Positions 30,930 through 39,001 of a DNA stretch of 64,000 nucleotides are shown in pieces. Source of the stretch: Hyphomicrobiaceae bacterium (lineage in GTDB: Bacteria > Pseudomonadota > Alphaproteobacteria > Rhizobiales > Hyphomicrobiaceae); NCBI GenBank assembly GCA_035565975.1, contig DATMRT010000130.1, positions 8,834 through 72,833 of the forward strand, written 5' to 3'. Numbering within the stretch: position 1 is the first letter of the stretch; the number at the start of each line of letters is the position of its first letter. The notes beneath the pieces are model-generated. The model made no database searches, was not told the origin of the DNA, and worked only from the letters and a program-made list of their open reading frames with translations. The translations under genes and the position numbers were made by a program.

Positions 30930-31013
30930 ATGCAGCTTCGAGTTGGGCTGAACATCGCCGCCGCGATCATGTCGTTTGCGTTTCTCGCCGCAGTTGTGTT
31001 CGGAATGGTCTAA
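30930..31013 (+). CDS. 27-aa single-TM small protein (absent from the ORF track)
   Basis: GGAGG 30920-30924, ATG 30930, MQLRVGLNIAAAIMSFAFLAAVVFGMV, TAA 31011-31013, terminator downstream. Confidence 0.6.
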   Translation: MQLRVGLNIAAAIMSFAFLAAVVFGMV

Positions 31014-31061
31014 GCTCCGACACAGGTTCTCCGCACCCGAGGCGAAACCTGGATATCTAGC

Positions 31062-31090
31062 AAAAAGGCGCGGTCACCCCGCGCCTTTCT
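31062..31090. terminator. bidirectional intrinsic terminator
   Basis: AAAGGCGCGG-TCACC-CCGCGCCTTT with A/T tracts on both sides. Confidence 0.8.
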
Positions 31091-31117
31091 GCATTTCAGA
31101 TTAGGATCGTATCGCGT

Positions 31118-31801
31118 TCACGCGGCCTTGCGCTTGAGGGGCGCGCCCGTCTGAGCCTGCAGCGCCTCCATGCTGAGGCCAGGCGCCATATCGACGACCT
31201 CGAAGCCCTCGGGGCCGACATCGATCACGGCGAGGTTCGTGTACACGCGGCTCACGGCTTTCACGGCCGTCAGCGGCAGTGCGCAGCGCTCGAGCAGCTT
31301 GGGGCTGCCGTTCTTCGACGTGTGGTCCATGATAATCCACAGCCGCTTGGCGCCGACGGCGAGATCCATGGCGCCACCGACCGCCGGCACGCCGTCCGTC
31401 AGCGAGGTCGTCCAGTTGGCGAAATCGCCGTTCGCCGCCACCTCGAAGGCGCCGAGCACGCAGAGGTCGATATGACCGCCGCGGATCAGGGCAAAGCTGT
31501 CGGCGTGGTGGACGATGCTCGCGCCGGTGACGAGGTTCACGTTCTGCTTGCCGGCATTGACGAGCCAGGGCTCCAACTCCTCGGGCTTCTGCAGTCCGCC
31601 CATGCCGATGATGCCGTTCTCCGAGTGGAAGATGACCTCGCGGCCCTTCACGAAGTTCGACACCAGCAGCGGAATGCCGATGCCGAGATTGACGCACCAG
31701 CCCTCGGGAATATCCTGCGCGAGGCGGGCAGCCATCTCGGGACGTGCCCAGGGCTTGAAGCCTTCGGCAGTGCCGGTCGCGCGGGCGGCGGTGGTCGTCA
31801 T
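31118..31801 (-). CDS. pcaJ: 3-oxoacid CoA-transferase subunit B (PcaJ-like)
   Basis: VNLGIGIP, FHSENG (catalytic Glu), GGHIDLCVLGAFEV, GGAMDLA. Confidence 0.85.
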   Translation of the reverse strand: MTTTAARATGTAEGFKPWARPEMAARLAQDIPEGWCVNLGIGIPLLVSNFVKGREVIFHSENGIIGMGGLQKPEELEPWLVNAGKQNVNLVTGASIVHHADSFALIRGGHIDLCVLGAFEVAANGDFANWTTSLTDGVPAVGGAMDLAVGAKRLWIIMDHTSKNGSPKLLERCALPLTAVKAVSRVYTNLAVIDVGPEGFEVVDMAPGLSMEALQAQTGAPLKRKAA

Positions 31802-31829
31802 GATGCGGCTCCTCGGCAGATCGTTGATT

Positions 31830-32534
31830 TCATGCAGTGGCGGCGACGAGCGCGGGCGCCGGATCGCCATAGGGCACGTGGACGACGCGGTTCACGTACA
31901 CACCCGGCGTGTGAATGCTCTCGGGCCCGAGAGCACCAAGCTCCACGATATGCTGCGCCTGCACGATGGTGAGCTCGGCGGCCGTGGCCATGATCGGATT
32001 GAAGTTCCGGCCTGACAGCTTGTAGGTGAGATTGCCCCAGCGGTCCGCCTGCCAGGCCTCGACGAGCGCGACATCGGCGCGGATCGACTGCTCGAGCAGG
32101 TACTTGCGCCCATTGAACTCGCGCACTTCCTTGCCCTCGCCGAGCGCCGTCCCGTAGGCCGTCGCCGTATAGAAGGCCGGAATGCCGGCGCCTGCGGCGC
32201 GGATGCGCTCGGCGAGCGTCCCTTGCGGCACGAGCTCCAATTCGAGCTTGCCCGACTTGTGCATCTCGTCGAACACGACCGAGCCGGCACTGCGCGGGAA
32301 GCTGCAGATGATCTTGCGCACGCGGCCCGTCGCGAGGAGGCGCACGAGCGGCTCGACGCGACCCGTGCCGGCGTTGTTGCCGACGAGCGTCAGATCCTTC
32401 GCCCCCTGCTCGATGAGGCCGTCGATGAGATGCGCCGGATGCCCCACGGCACCGAAACCGCCGAACATGACGGTCGAGCCGTCCTTGATCCCCTGCATCG
32501 CCTCGGCGATGGATTTGACCCGCTTGTCGATCAT
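31830..32534 (-). CDS. pcaI: 3-oxoacid CoA-transferase subunit A (PcaI-like)
   Basis: GSTVMFGGFG, PQGTLAERIRAAGAGIPAFYT, GNLTY..NFNP. Confidence 0.85.
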   Translation of the reverse strand: MIDKRVKSIAEAMQGIKDGSTVMFGGFGAVGHPAHLIDGLIEQGAKDLTLVGNNAGTGRVEPLVRLLATGRVRKIICSFPRSAGSVVFDEMHKSGKLELELVPQGTLAERIRAAGAGIPAFYTATAYGTALGEGKEVREFNGRKYLLEQSIRADVALVEAWQADRWGNLTYKLSGRNFNPIMATAAELTIVQAQHIVELGALGPESIHTPGVYVNRVVHVPYGDPAPALVAATA

Positions 32535-32697
32535 GAGTTCCTGCTTCCAGCCCCGTCCCGGGTTTCTAAGGCCCCGGACGGCGGCGATGCTATCCGAAAT
32601 CGCAGCTGATGCCAGCCCCGCACGCCGTTTGCAGGTGCCCCTGCACGCCCGACATGACCGGATTGCCGCAGAAGCTGCGAAACACTAACTTCGCGCC

Positions 32698-33411
32698 ATG
32701 CTCTTCCCGACCCCACTGCTCCGCGGAACCCTCATCCAGCGCTACAAGCGCTTTCTCGCCGACATCCGCCTCGACAGTGGCGAGACAATCACCGCGACGT
32801 GCCCGAATACCGGCTCGATGATGGGGCTCACCACGCCCGGTGTGCCTGTGTGGGTATCGACGTCCGACAGTCCGACGCGGAAGTACAAGCACACCTGGGA
32901 GCTTCTCGAGGTCGACCTCGGCAAAGGTCCCGGCCTCGTCGGCATCAACACGAACCACCCCAATGCGCTCGTCAGCGAGGCAATCCAGGAAAAGCGGATC
33001 GCGGCACTCAAGGGCTACGACAGCCTGCGGCGCGAGGTGAAGTATGGCACCAACAGCCGCATCGACATCCTGCTCGAAAGCGCGGGCAAGCCACCGGCCT
33101 ACGTCGAGGTCAAAAACGTGCACATGATGCGCGAGGCGGGCCGCGCGGAGTTTCCGGACTCGGTCACCGCGCGCGGACTGAAGCACCTTCTCGAGATGAG
33201 CCAGATGGTGCGGGCCGGACATCGCGCCGTGATGGTGTTTCTCATCCAGCGCAATGACGCGACGCGTCTCACGTTCGCGAACGACATCGACCCGAACTAC
33301 GTCGAAGGCCTCAAGGCGGCCCGCGAGATCGGCGTCGAGGCGATCGCGCTCAAATGCGCGCTGACGCCCGAAGGCATCCGCGTCGAAAAGCCCGTGCCGA
33401 TCAAGATGTGA
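32698..33411 (+). CDS. sfsA: DNA/RNA nuclease SfsA
   Basis: RYKRFLAD, CPNTGSM, SRIDILL, YVEVKNV, FPDSVTARGLKHL. Confidence 0.95.
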   Translation: MLFPTPLLRGTLIQRYKRFLADIRLDSGETITATCPNTGSMMGLTTPGVPVWVSTSDSPTRKYKHTWELLEVDLGKGPGLVGINTNHPNALVSEAIQEKRIAALKGYDSLRREVKYGTNSRIDILLESAGKPPAYVEVKNVHMMREAGRAEFPDSVTARGLKHLLEMSQMVRAGHRAVMVFLIQRNDATRLTFANDIDPNYVEGLKAAREIGVEAIALKCALTPEGIRVEKPVPIKM

Positions 33412-33423
33412 GCGTGCGCGCGC

Positions 33424-34302
33424 TCAATCCTGCTGATTGAGGCGCGCGAGCAGGCTCGAGGTATCCCAGCGCTTGCCGCCGAGACGCTGAACCTCGGCAT
33501 AGAACTGGTCGACCAGCGCCGCGACAGGCAGCGTCGCACCGTTCTGGCGCGCTTCCTCGAGCGCGATCCAGAGATCCTTGCGCATCCAGTCGACGGCGAA
33601 TCCATAGTCGTATTTCGCCTCCGCCATGGTCTTCCAGCGGTTGTCCATCTGCCAGGAACCGGCCGCGCCCTTGGAGATCGTCTCCATGACCTTCGGAATG
33701 TCGAGCCCGGCTTTCTGGGCGAAATGAATGCCCTCGGCCAGGCCCTGCACGAGGCCTGCGATGCAGATCTGGTTGACCATCTTCGTGAGCTGCCCCGCCC
33801 CTGGCGCGCCGATCAGCGTCACCATGCGAGCGAAGGCTGAGATCACCGGCTCGGCCTTGGCGAAGACGTCGGCATCACCGCCGACCATCACTGTCAGCAC
33901 ACCGTTCTGCGCGCCCGCCGATCCGCCCGAGACCGGCGCGTCGAGGAAGCCGAAGCCCTTGGACTTGGCCGCCGCATAAAGCTCGCGCGCGATATTGGCC
34001 GAGACGGTCGTGTTGTCGATGAACACCGCCCCCTTGCGGACGCCCTCGAAGGCGCCGTCCTTGCCGAGCGTCACGGCGCGCAGATCATCGTCGTTACCGA
34101 CGCAGGAGAAGACGAAGTCCTGATCCTTGGCGGCTGCCGCGGGCGTTGGCGCGGTCTTGCCGGCACCGTACTCCTTGACCCACGCCTCGGCCTTGGCGGC
34201 ATTGCGGTTGTAGACGGTCAGCTCATGGCCGCCCTTCTTGAGAAGGTGCCCTGCCATGGGGTAGCCCATCACACCCAATCCAATAAACGCCACCTTTGCC
34301 AT
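33424..34302 (-). CDS. NAD(P)-dependent beta-hydroxyacid dehydrogenase (3-hydroxyisobutyrate DH family)
   Basis: FIGLGVMGYPMA, LDAPVSGG, GQLTKMVNQ. Confidence 0.92.
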   Translation of the reverse strand: MAKVAFIGLGVMGYPMAGHLLKKGGHELTVYNRNAAKAEAWVKEYGAGKTAPTPAAAAKDQDFVFSCVGNDDDLRAVTLGKDGAFEGVRKGAVFIDNTTVSANIARELYAAAKSKGFGFLDAPVSGGSAGAQNGVLTVMVGGDADVFAKAEPVISAFARMVTLIGAPGAGQLTKMVNQICIAGLVQGLAEGIHFAQKAGLDIPKVMETISKGAAGSWQMDNRWKTMAEAKYDYGFAVDWMRKDLWIALEEARQNGATLPVAALVDQFYAEVQRLGGKRWDTSSLLARLNQQD

Positions 34303-34411
34303 CGTGCCGCTCCCATGAAGTCATTGACGGTTCGGGAGCCGTTCTAGCGGATGGGGGCGGCCTTGTCAGGACGTCGATTGGGCAATCTGGCCAGGGAGTC
34401 AGAAATGGGAG

Positions 34412-34786
34412 TCAGGAATGGCCGAGCGGCAGCACCATCGTGCGGCGCGCGCTGATGTCGTAGGCGCAGACGGGGCCACCCGACGCGCCCGCGGTCGCAA
34501 CGAAGATGAAGGGCGTGCGATAGCGCTCGCTCCAGCGCGCGTGATCGACCTGCCAGACGGAGACATCGGCGTGCGGATTGCCGACGCTGAACCAGACCTG
34601 CGCCGGACTAGCCCAGGCCGTGCGGTCAGCGAGGCCGGTCGCCGTCGGATCGCGCTGGCAAGCCGCGACGGCCTGATCACGGAAGGTCGCGACCATCACG
34701 TCGGCTGTGGCCGAGCGGTAAAGATACTGCTGATAGCCGATCTTGCCCGCGGCAAGGAGAATGAGGATGACGGCGATGAACCTCAT
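34412..34786 (-). CDS. hypothetical membrane-anchored/secreted protein (124 aa)
   Basis: N-terminal hydrophobic helix, two Cys; no overlap with other genes. Confidence 0.7.
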   Translation of the reverse strand: MRFIAVILILLAAGKIGYQQYLYRSATADVMVATFRDQAVAACQRDPTATGLADRTAWASPAQVWFSVGNPHADVSVWQVDHARWSERYRTPFIFVATAGASGGPVCAYDISARRTMVLPLGHS

Positions 34787-34852
34787 GACGCGGCGCCCCT
34801 TCCGGCACGCGCCCGAGCGGATGCCGGCACGCGAGAGAGTCGGCCGCTGTGG

Positions 34853-34868
34853 TTAACAAAGGATTGAC
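34853..34868. promoter_or_regulatory. putative CtrA box (1 mismatch)
   Basis: TTAA-CAAAGGA-TTGAC, about 67 bp upstream of the 34786 start. Confidence 0.45.
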
Positions 34869-34901
34869 GCCGGCCATGCGCGAGCGTCGCGCGCTTCCCA
34901 A

Positions 34902-35123
34902 TCAGGCACGCTGCTCGTCGAGGCCACCACCGCTCGCACGCAAGGCGAGCTGGTCACGGTGCCGCTCCAGGCACTTCAACGAGAGCTCCATCTGCTGAAG
35001 AACGCGCATTCGGAGCGAGGGATCGATCGCCGGCTCCGCAGCCAGTTCTGCGCGGAAACGCTCGATGCGGCGCCGATTTTCATCAATGAGACGATTGGAC
35101 TGTTCGAGCAGACGCACCGTCAT
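34902..35123 (-). CDS. hypothetical coiled-coil protein (73 aa)
   Basis: heptad-like helices; AGGGG upstream of the ATG. Confidence 0.55.
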   Translation of the reverse strand: MTVRLLEQSNRLIDENRRRIERFRAELAAEPAIDPSLRMRVLQQMELSLKCLERHRDQLALRASGGGLDEQRA

Positions 35124-35403
35124 GAGTAACCCCTGTCATATGCACCAGTTCGGCAACGCATTTGGCTGGCCGCCGTTCCCCGCCGGCCAATCTAATCTGC
35201 AAGCAATATGCCGATCGCGGACATCCGTCGCCTACCGCTTTCGTTGGTTCCCCAGAAGGTTGCAGCTCCCAGCCGCCGGCCATCATCGGGGCTCGCTCGA
35301 CGCACGTGCGGTTGGGCCTCGGGGGTGCGAATATTGCTCCCCCATGAGACTTTCAGCCCTCATCGTGCGTTGAGGCTTCGGGCAGCATCAAGGAGGTTGA
35401 GTA

Positions 35404-35775
35404 ATGCGTACCCCCGCCACCGTTCTAGGGCTCTTCGCCCTGACATTTCTTGTCCTGCCGGGAGCGCCCGCGGCGGCAGCTCCGCTCCCATCGCATCGCG
35501 TGGCCATCACCTCAGGCGTGGTTCTGACCAACGGCCATCGCCCGTATCATCATCGCGTTTATCGCCATCGCGCGAAACACAGCTATCGGCATCGCAAATG
35601 CCATAAGGGCTGGCTGCCTCCCCTGCCCAGGTACCGTCACGCTCCGGGCAAGTGGAGCCACAAGCACTGCCACGACTGGCACCGCTGCCATTATTACTTC
35701 TACGGCTACAAGCAGTGGGCGCGCTGGAACCCCGAGAAGTCCCGGGCCTACTTCTACCGCCGCTATCACCACTGA
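35404..35775 (+). CDS. secreted His/Tyr/Arg-rich protein (123 aa)
   Basis: AAGGAGG RBS, signal peptide ending AAAA-PL; 16 His, 11 Tyr, 3 Cys, 2 acidic residues. Confidence 0.75.
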   Translation: MRTPATVLGLFALTFLVLPGAPAAAAPLPSHRVAITSGVVLTNGHRPYHHRVYRHRAKHSYRHRKCHKGWLPPLPRYRHAPGKWSHKHCHDWHRCHYYFYGYKQWARWNPEKSRAYFYRRYHH

Positions 35776-35979
35776 TTGGCGTCTCGCCTCAGTTATGGCG
35801 ACGAGTGACGCGGCCGCGGTCCCGGTTTTGCGGCTGCGTCCTCAGGGCCTCCCGCGAACCGGGGTCCGCAGCCTGTTTTCTCCATAGCATCACGGATGCA
35901 ATGGCTCCGTTGCTCCGCATATCGTCTCAGGAATTCGTCCCGTCTGCGCAGTCCGCCAGATGATCCTCCAGGAGATGAA

Positions 35980-36330
35980 ATGCCCATGCGCATCGTTGCT
36001 GTTTCTCTGATCGCGCTATCCGTCCTCAGCGGTCATCATTCGCCCGCAGAAGCTGCGCCCCTCTCCGCACGCGGGACGACGGCGGTCGCGAAAAACATGG
36101 CCGAGCCCGTCGGCGATTGCGGAACCTGCGTCGGATCGCGCGCCACAAGGCGGCCGGGACGAAAAGAGAGCTATCAGCACCGCCCGCGGGTCAAAGGTTG
36201 GTCGCGGCGGGCGTCGATTTATCGGTCCCGACCGGGAGCCGCGGGTTCAGCGAACTGGGATCCGGGCTATCGCTACGGTGCGGCGAGCTGGGGCGATCAG
36301 CGAGCCTGGGACTATTACGGCCGCTTCTGA
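35980..36330 (+). CDS. secreted Arg/Gly/aromatic-rich protein with CxxC (116 aa)
   Basis: AGGAG RBS, signal peptide ending AEA-APL, CGTC. Confidence 0.65.
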   Translation: MPMRIVAVSLIALSVLSGHHSPAEAAPLSARGTTAVAKNMAEPVGDCGTCVGSRATRRPGRKESYQHRPRVKGWSRRASIYRSRPGAAGSANWDPGYRYGAASWGDQRAWDYYGRF

Positions 36331-36337
36331 TGCTCGC

Positions 36338-36691
36338 TTAGAGCAGCGCCACCAGGAACACGCCGGCAATACAGACTGCCGCCGCAGCGGCCAGCGTCGC
36401 CATGCGCTTCTGGCCTTCCCGCCACGGCATGTTCTCGATCACGAGCACGCGGATACCGCCGAGCAGGTGGATCGCGAGCAGCAGCACGAGCCCGGTCTCG
36501 GCAAACTTGACGAGCGGCGTCTTCGTCCACTGCAGGAAGCCGTCGAGTTGGCCTTCACCCTCGATGGCGAGCCCAAGCACGAGAAAATGCAACGGCAGGA
36601 AGGCTGCCAGGAGCACGCCCGAGACGCGATGTACCATGGCCGCCAGCCACAGTCGGTCGCCGCGGTAGCTCGTATTGTGCGGATGGCTCAT
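36338..36691 (-). CDS. SdhC-like cytochrome b membrane subunit
   Basis: MVHRVSG and IHLLGGIR (heme His) motifs, three TM helices; ATGA overlap with the sdhD-like gene. Confidence 0.85.
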   Translation of the reverse strand: MSHPHNTSYRGDRLWLAAMVHRVSGVLLAAFLPLHFLVLGLAIEGEGQLDGFLQWTKTPLVKFAETGLVLLLAIHLLGGIRVLVIENMPWREGQKRMATLAAAAAVCIAGVFLVALL

Positions 36692-37020
36692 GGCACCACC
36701 ACCGCGAAAACGGCGCGCAGGCCGAGCACGAGCAGGACAACGCCGAAGATCCACATGAGCCGGTTGAGCGCCGTCTCTCGCCAGCCGAGCCACTCGCGCG
36801 CGACGCCACGCACGCCGATCGCACCGTGGATGGACGCGGCTGCGACGAAGAGCGAATAGAACAGCCCCCAGGCGACGCTGCCCTGCGTGCGGCCGAGGAT
36901 TTCCGCCGCGCTGAGCCCGCGGTTCGTCGCGTAGATGATCACGATCAGATGCACGGCAATGAGCGGCACCATGAGCACAGCGGTGAGCCGCTGCCAGACA
37001 TAGAGGCGTACGGCGCTCAC
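36688..37020 (-). CDS. SdhD-like membrane anchor
   Basis: WQRLTAVLM, SIHGAIGVR (heme His), three TM helices; GTGA overlap with the sdhB-like gene. Confidence 0.85.
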   Translation of the reverse strand: MSAVRLYVWQRLTAVLMVPLIAVHLIVIIYATNRGLSAAEILGRTQGSVAWGLFYSLFVAAASIHGAIGVRGVAREWLGWRETALNRLMWIFGVVLLVLGLRAVFAVVVP

Positions 37021-37748
37021 GCAATCTCTCCGCGGATGTAAGCCTGCATGGTCCGCCGCTTGAGGCCGGCAATGGAGGCCGTGGGATTGAGGCCCTTGGG
37101 GCAGAGCTGCTCACAGGACTGATGCGAGTGGCAGTTGTGGCAGCCACCGTTGCTGGCGGCCGCGGCAAGGCGTTGCAGGTTGGCGGTGTCGCGCACGTCG
37201 TTGACGAGCGACCATGACCGGTTCAGCGCCGCAGGCCCGAAGTACTCCGGGTTCCAGCGCACGGTATCGCACGCCGCATAGCACACGCCGCAATTGATGC
37301 ATTCGATGGCCGCGTCCGCGGCCTGGCGCTCGGCACTCTCGGGGCTGATGCTCTCCAGCGGCTCGTGGCGCGTGCGCGATGGCACGAACGTGCCTTCGGC
37401 TTTCTGCCACTTCTCGAAGAAGGGCGTCATGTCGGCGGCGAGGTCGCGGATCACCGGCAGGTTGGCGAGCGGGCCGATCTCGAGTCGGCCGTCCTCTACG
37501 ACCTTCGAGACGTGCGTTCGGCACGTCCAGCGCGGGCGGCCGTTCACGGTCATGGCACAGGAGCCGCACACGCCCACCCGGCAAGCAAAACGGTACGCCA
37601 GCGTCGGATCGGCATGCCGCTGGATCCAGGTGACCACATCGAGCACGGTCTGACTGTCGCGCCGCGGCACGGCAAAGGACTGGTACTCACCCTCCTCGCC
37701 ACCGCGCCACACGCGCACGTCGATCGTGGCTTCTGCTGTCGTGCTCAT
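37017..37748 (-). CDS. SdhB/FrdB-like iron-sulfur subunit
   Basis: CRVGVCGSC..C [2Fe-2S], CINCGVCYAAC [4Fe-4S], CHSHQSCEQLCP [3Fe-4S]. Confidence 0.92.
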   Translation of the reverse strand: MSTTAEATIDVRVWRGGEEGEYQSFAVPRRDSQTVLDVVTWIQRHADPTLAYRFACRVGVCGSCAMTVNGRPRWTCRTHVSKVVEDGRLEIGPLANLPVIRDLAADMTPFFEKWQKAEGTFVPSRTRHEPLESISPESAERQAADAAIECINCGVCYAACDTVRWNPEYFGPAALNRSWSLVNDVRDTANLQRLAAAASNGGCHNCHSHQSCEQLCPKGLNPTASIAGLKRRTMQAYIRGEIA

Positions 37749-38854
37749 GCGCGAACTGTCACTCCGATCCTGTGGACCATATTGTTGCCGAAGCCGCTGC
37801 GATCCCAGCGCTCCTCGAGCGGCTGCGTATCACCATTCTCGTCCGTCGCCCGACAGGCGATCTCATGCTCGCCCTCGCGCGCGTCCCATCGAGCCTGCCA
37901 GTGCCGCCAGGCATAGCGGCCGTCGACCGGTCCAAGCTTGGCTTCCTGCCAGTGCCCGTCGACGCCGAACTCGACCCGCGTCACCGGCACGCCATTGCCG
38001 CCCCACGCGCGTCCCTCGACGACGACCGGCCCCGGCGGCACGAGTCGATGGCGCGTATACCAGTCCGGGATGCCGGGCGGCACCATCAACGACTTGACCC
38101 GGATATGCGTCACCGGCACGCCTGGATCGTCGGCGCTCTCCTTATAGACATAGCTGCCGACCTGCTGGTGGCCCTCGAAGGGCGCATCCAGAACCTCGAT
38201 GCGGTCGAGCCATTTGACGCTCGCCATGCCGTACCAGCCGGGCACGATGAGGCGCAACGGGAACCCGTGCTGCGGGAGCAGGGGGGCGCCGTTCATGGCC
38301 CATACGAGCAGCACGTCCTCGTTGAGCGCAAGCTGCGGGGCGAGCGAGCGGCCATACTCGTGGAAGACCTTGTCGAAGCCGCGGTCGATGCCGAGAAAGG
38401 CGATGTCCATGGCATCCGGCAGCAGACCAGCGCGCTCGAGCACATGGCGCAGGGGCGTGCCCGTCCATTCCGAGGTGCCGACCGCCTCGTACATCCAGGG
38501 CATGCTCTGGCGGCGCAGGCCGATATTCGCCCGGCCATTACCTGCACACTCGAGCGTCACGCGCAGCGTCTTCGCCGGCAGGGCCTGGATCTCGGCCAAG
38601 GTGATCTTCAAGGGCGTGCGGACCTTGCCGGTGACGCTCAAGGTCCAGTCAGCAGCCGACGCGACATAGGGCACGTCGAAATGATTGAGGAGATAATGGA
38701 GCCCCGTCGGCGTTACGTCATAGCGCAGCGCTTCGAGCAGAATGCCGGAATTGCGATTGGCGAGGCGCACTTCCTCGCGGACGAAATCGCCCTCGATATT
38801 GGGCCGGCCCCTTTCGATGTCGAAGGGGGATACCCGCGGTTCGGGATTGGTCAT
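37745..38854 (-). CDS. sulfite-oxidase (SUOX) family molybdoenzyme with Moco and dimer domains, no signal peptide
   Basis: TLECAGNGR (Mo-ligand Cys), MNGAPL..HGFPLRLIVPGWYGMASVKWL, GRAWGG, CRATDENGDTQP; AGAAGGA RBS before ATG 38854. Confidence 0.9.
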   Translation of the reverse strand: MTNPEPRVSPFDIERGRPNIEGDFVREEVRLANRNSGILLEALRYDVTPTGLHYLLNHFDVPYVASAADWTLSVTGKVRTPLKITLAEIQALPAKTLRVTLECAGNGRANIGLRRQSMPWMYEAVGTSEWTGTPLRHVLERAGLLPDAMDIAFLGIDRGFDKVFHEYGRSLAPQLALNEDVLLVWAMNGAPLLPQHGFPLRLIVPGWYGMASVKWLDRIEVLDAPFEGHQQVGSYVYKESADDPGVPVTHIRVKSLMVPPGIPDWYTRHRLVPPGPVVVEGRAWGGNGVPVTRVEFGVDGHWQEAKLGPVDGRYAWRHWQARWDAREGEHEIACRATDENGDTQPLEERWDRSGFGNNMVHRIGVTVRA

Positions 38855-38874
38855 CTGGAGTCCTTCTCGCGCGG

Positions 38875-38902
38875 ACCCTAGCAAATAGCCTTGGGCCGTC
38901 AA
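38875..38902 (-). promoter_or_regulatory. putative sigma70 promoter of the SUOX-sdhBDC operon
   Basis: TTGACG-N16-TAGGGT on the minus strand; predicted start site about 14 nt before the ATG. Confidence 0.4.
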
Positions 38903-39001
38903 TCGCTGCGCGCGCATGGCTCGCCTCCACACTCATTTGCTCATGCGCTCCGGCACGGGGCGGCGCTATCATCCCGCCCCGCTTCGCAAAGGGGTACCTC
39001 C

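Noticed and set aside
30791-31060. 89-aa ORF from the ORF track
   Set aside because: TTG start without an SD and atypical composition; the 27-aa ORF in another frame has the SD and a clean TM helix.
38855-38932. Tat signal on the SUOX enzyme (MWRRAMR...)
   Set aside because: It lacks the S/T-RR-x-FLK consensus and a hydrophobic h-region; the SD and promoter fit ATG 38854.
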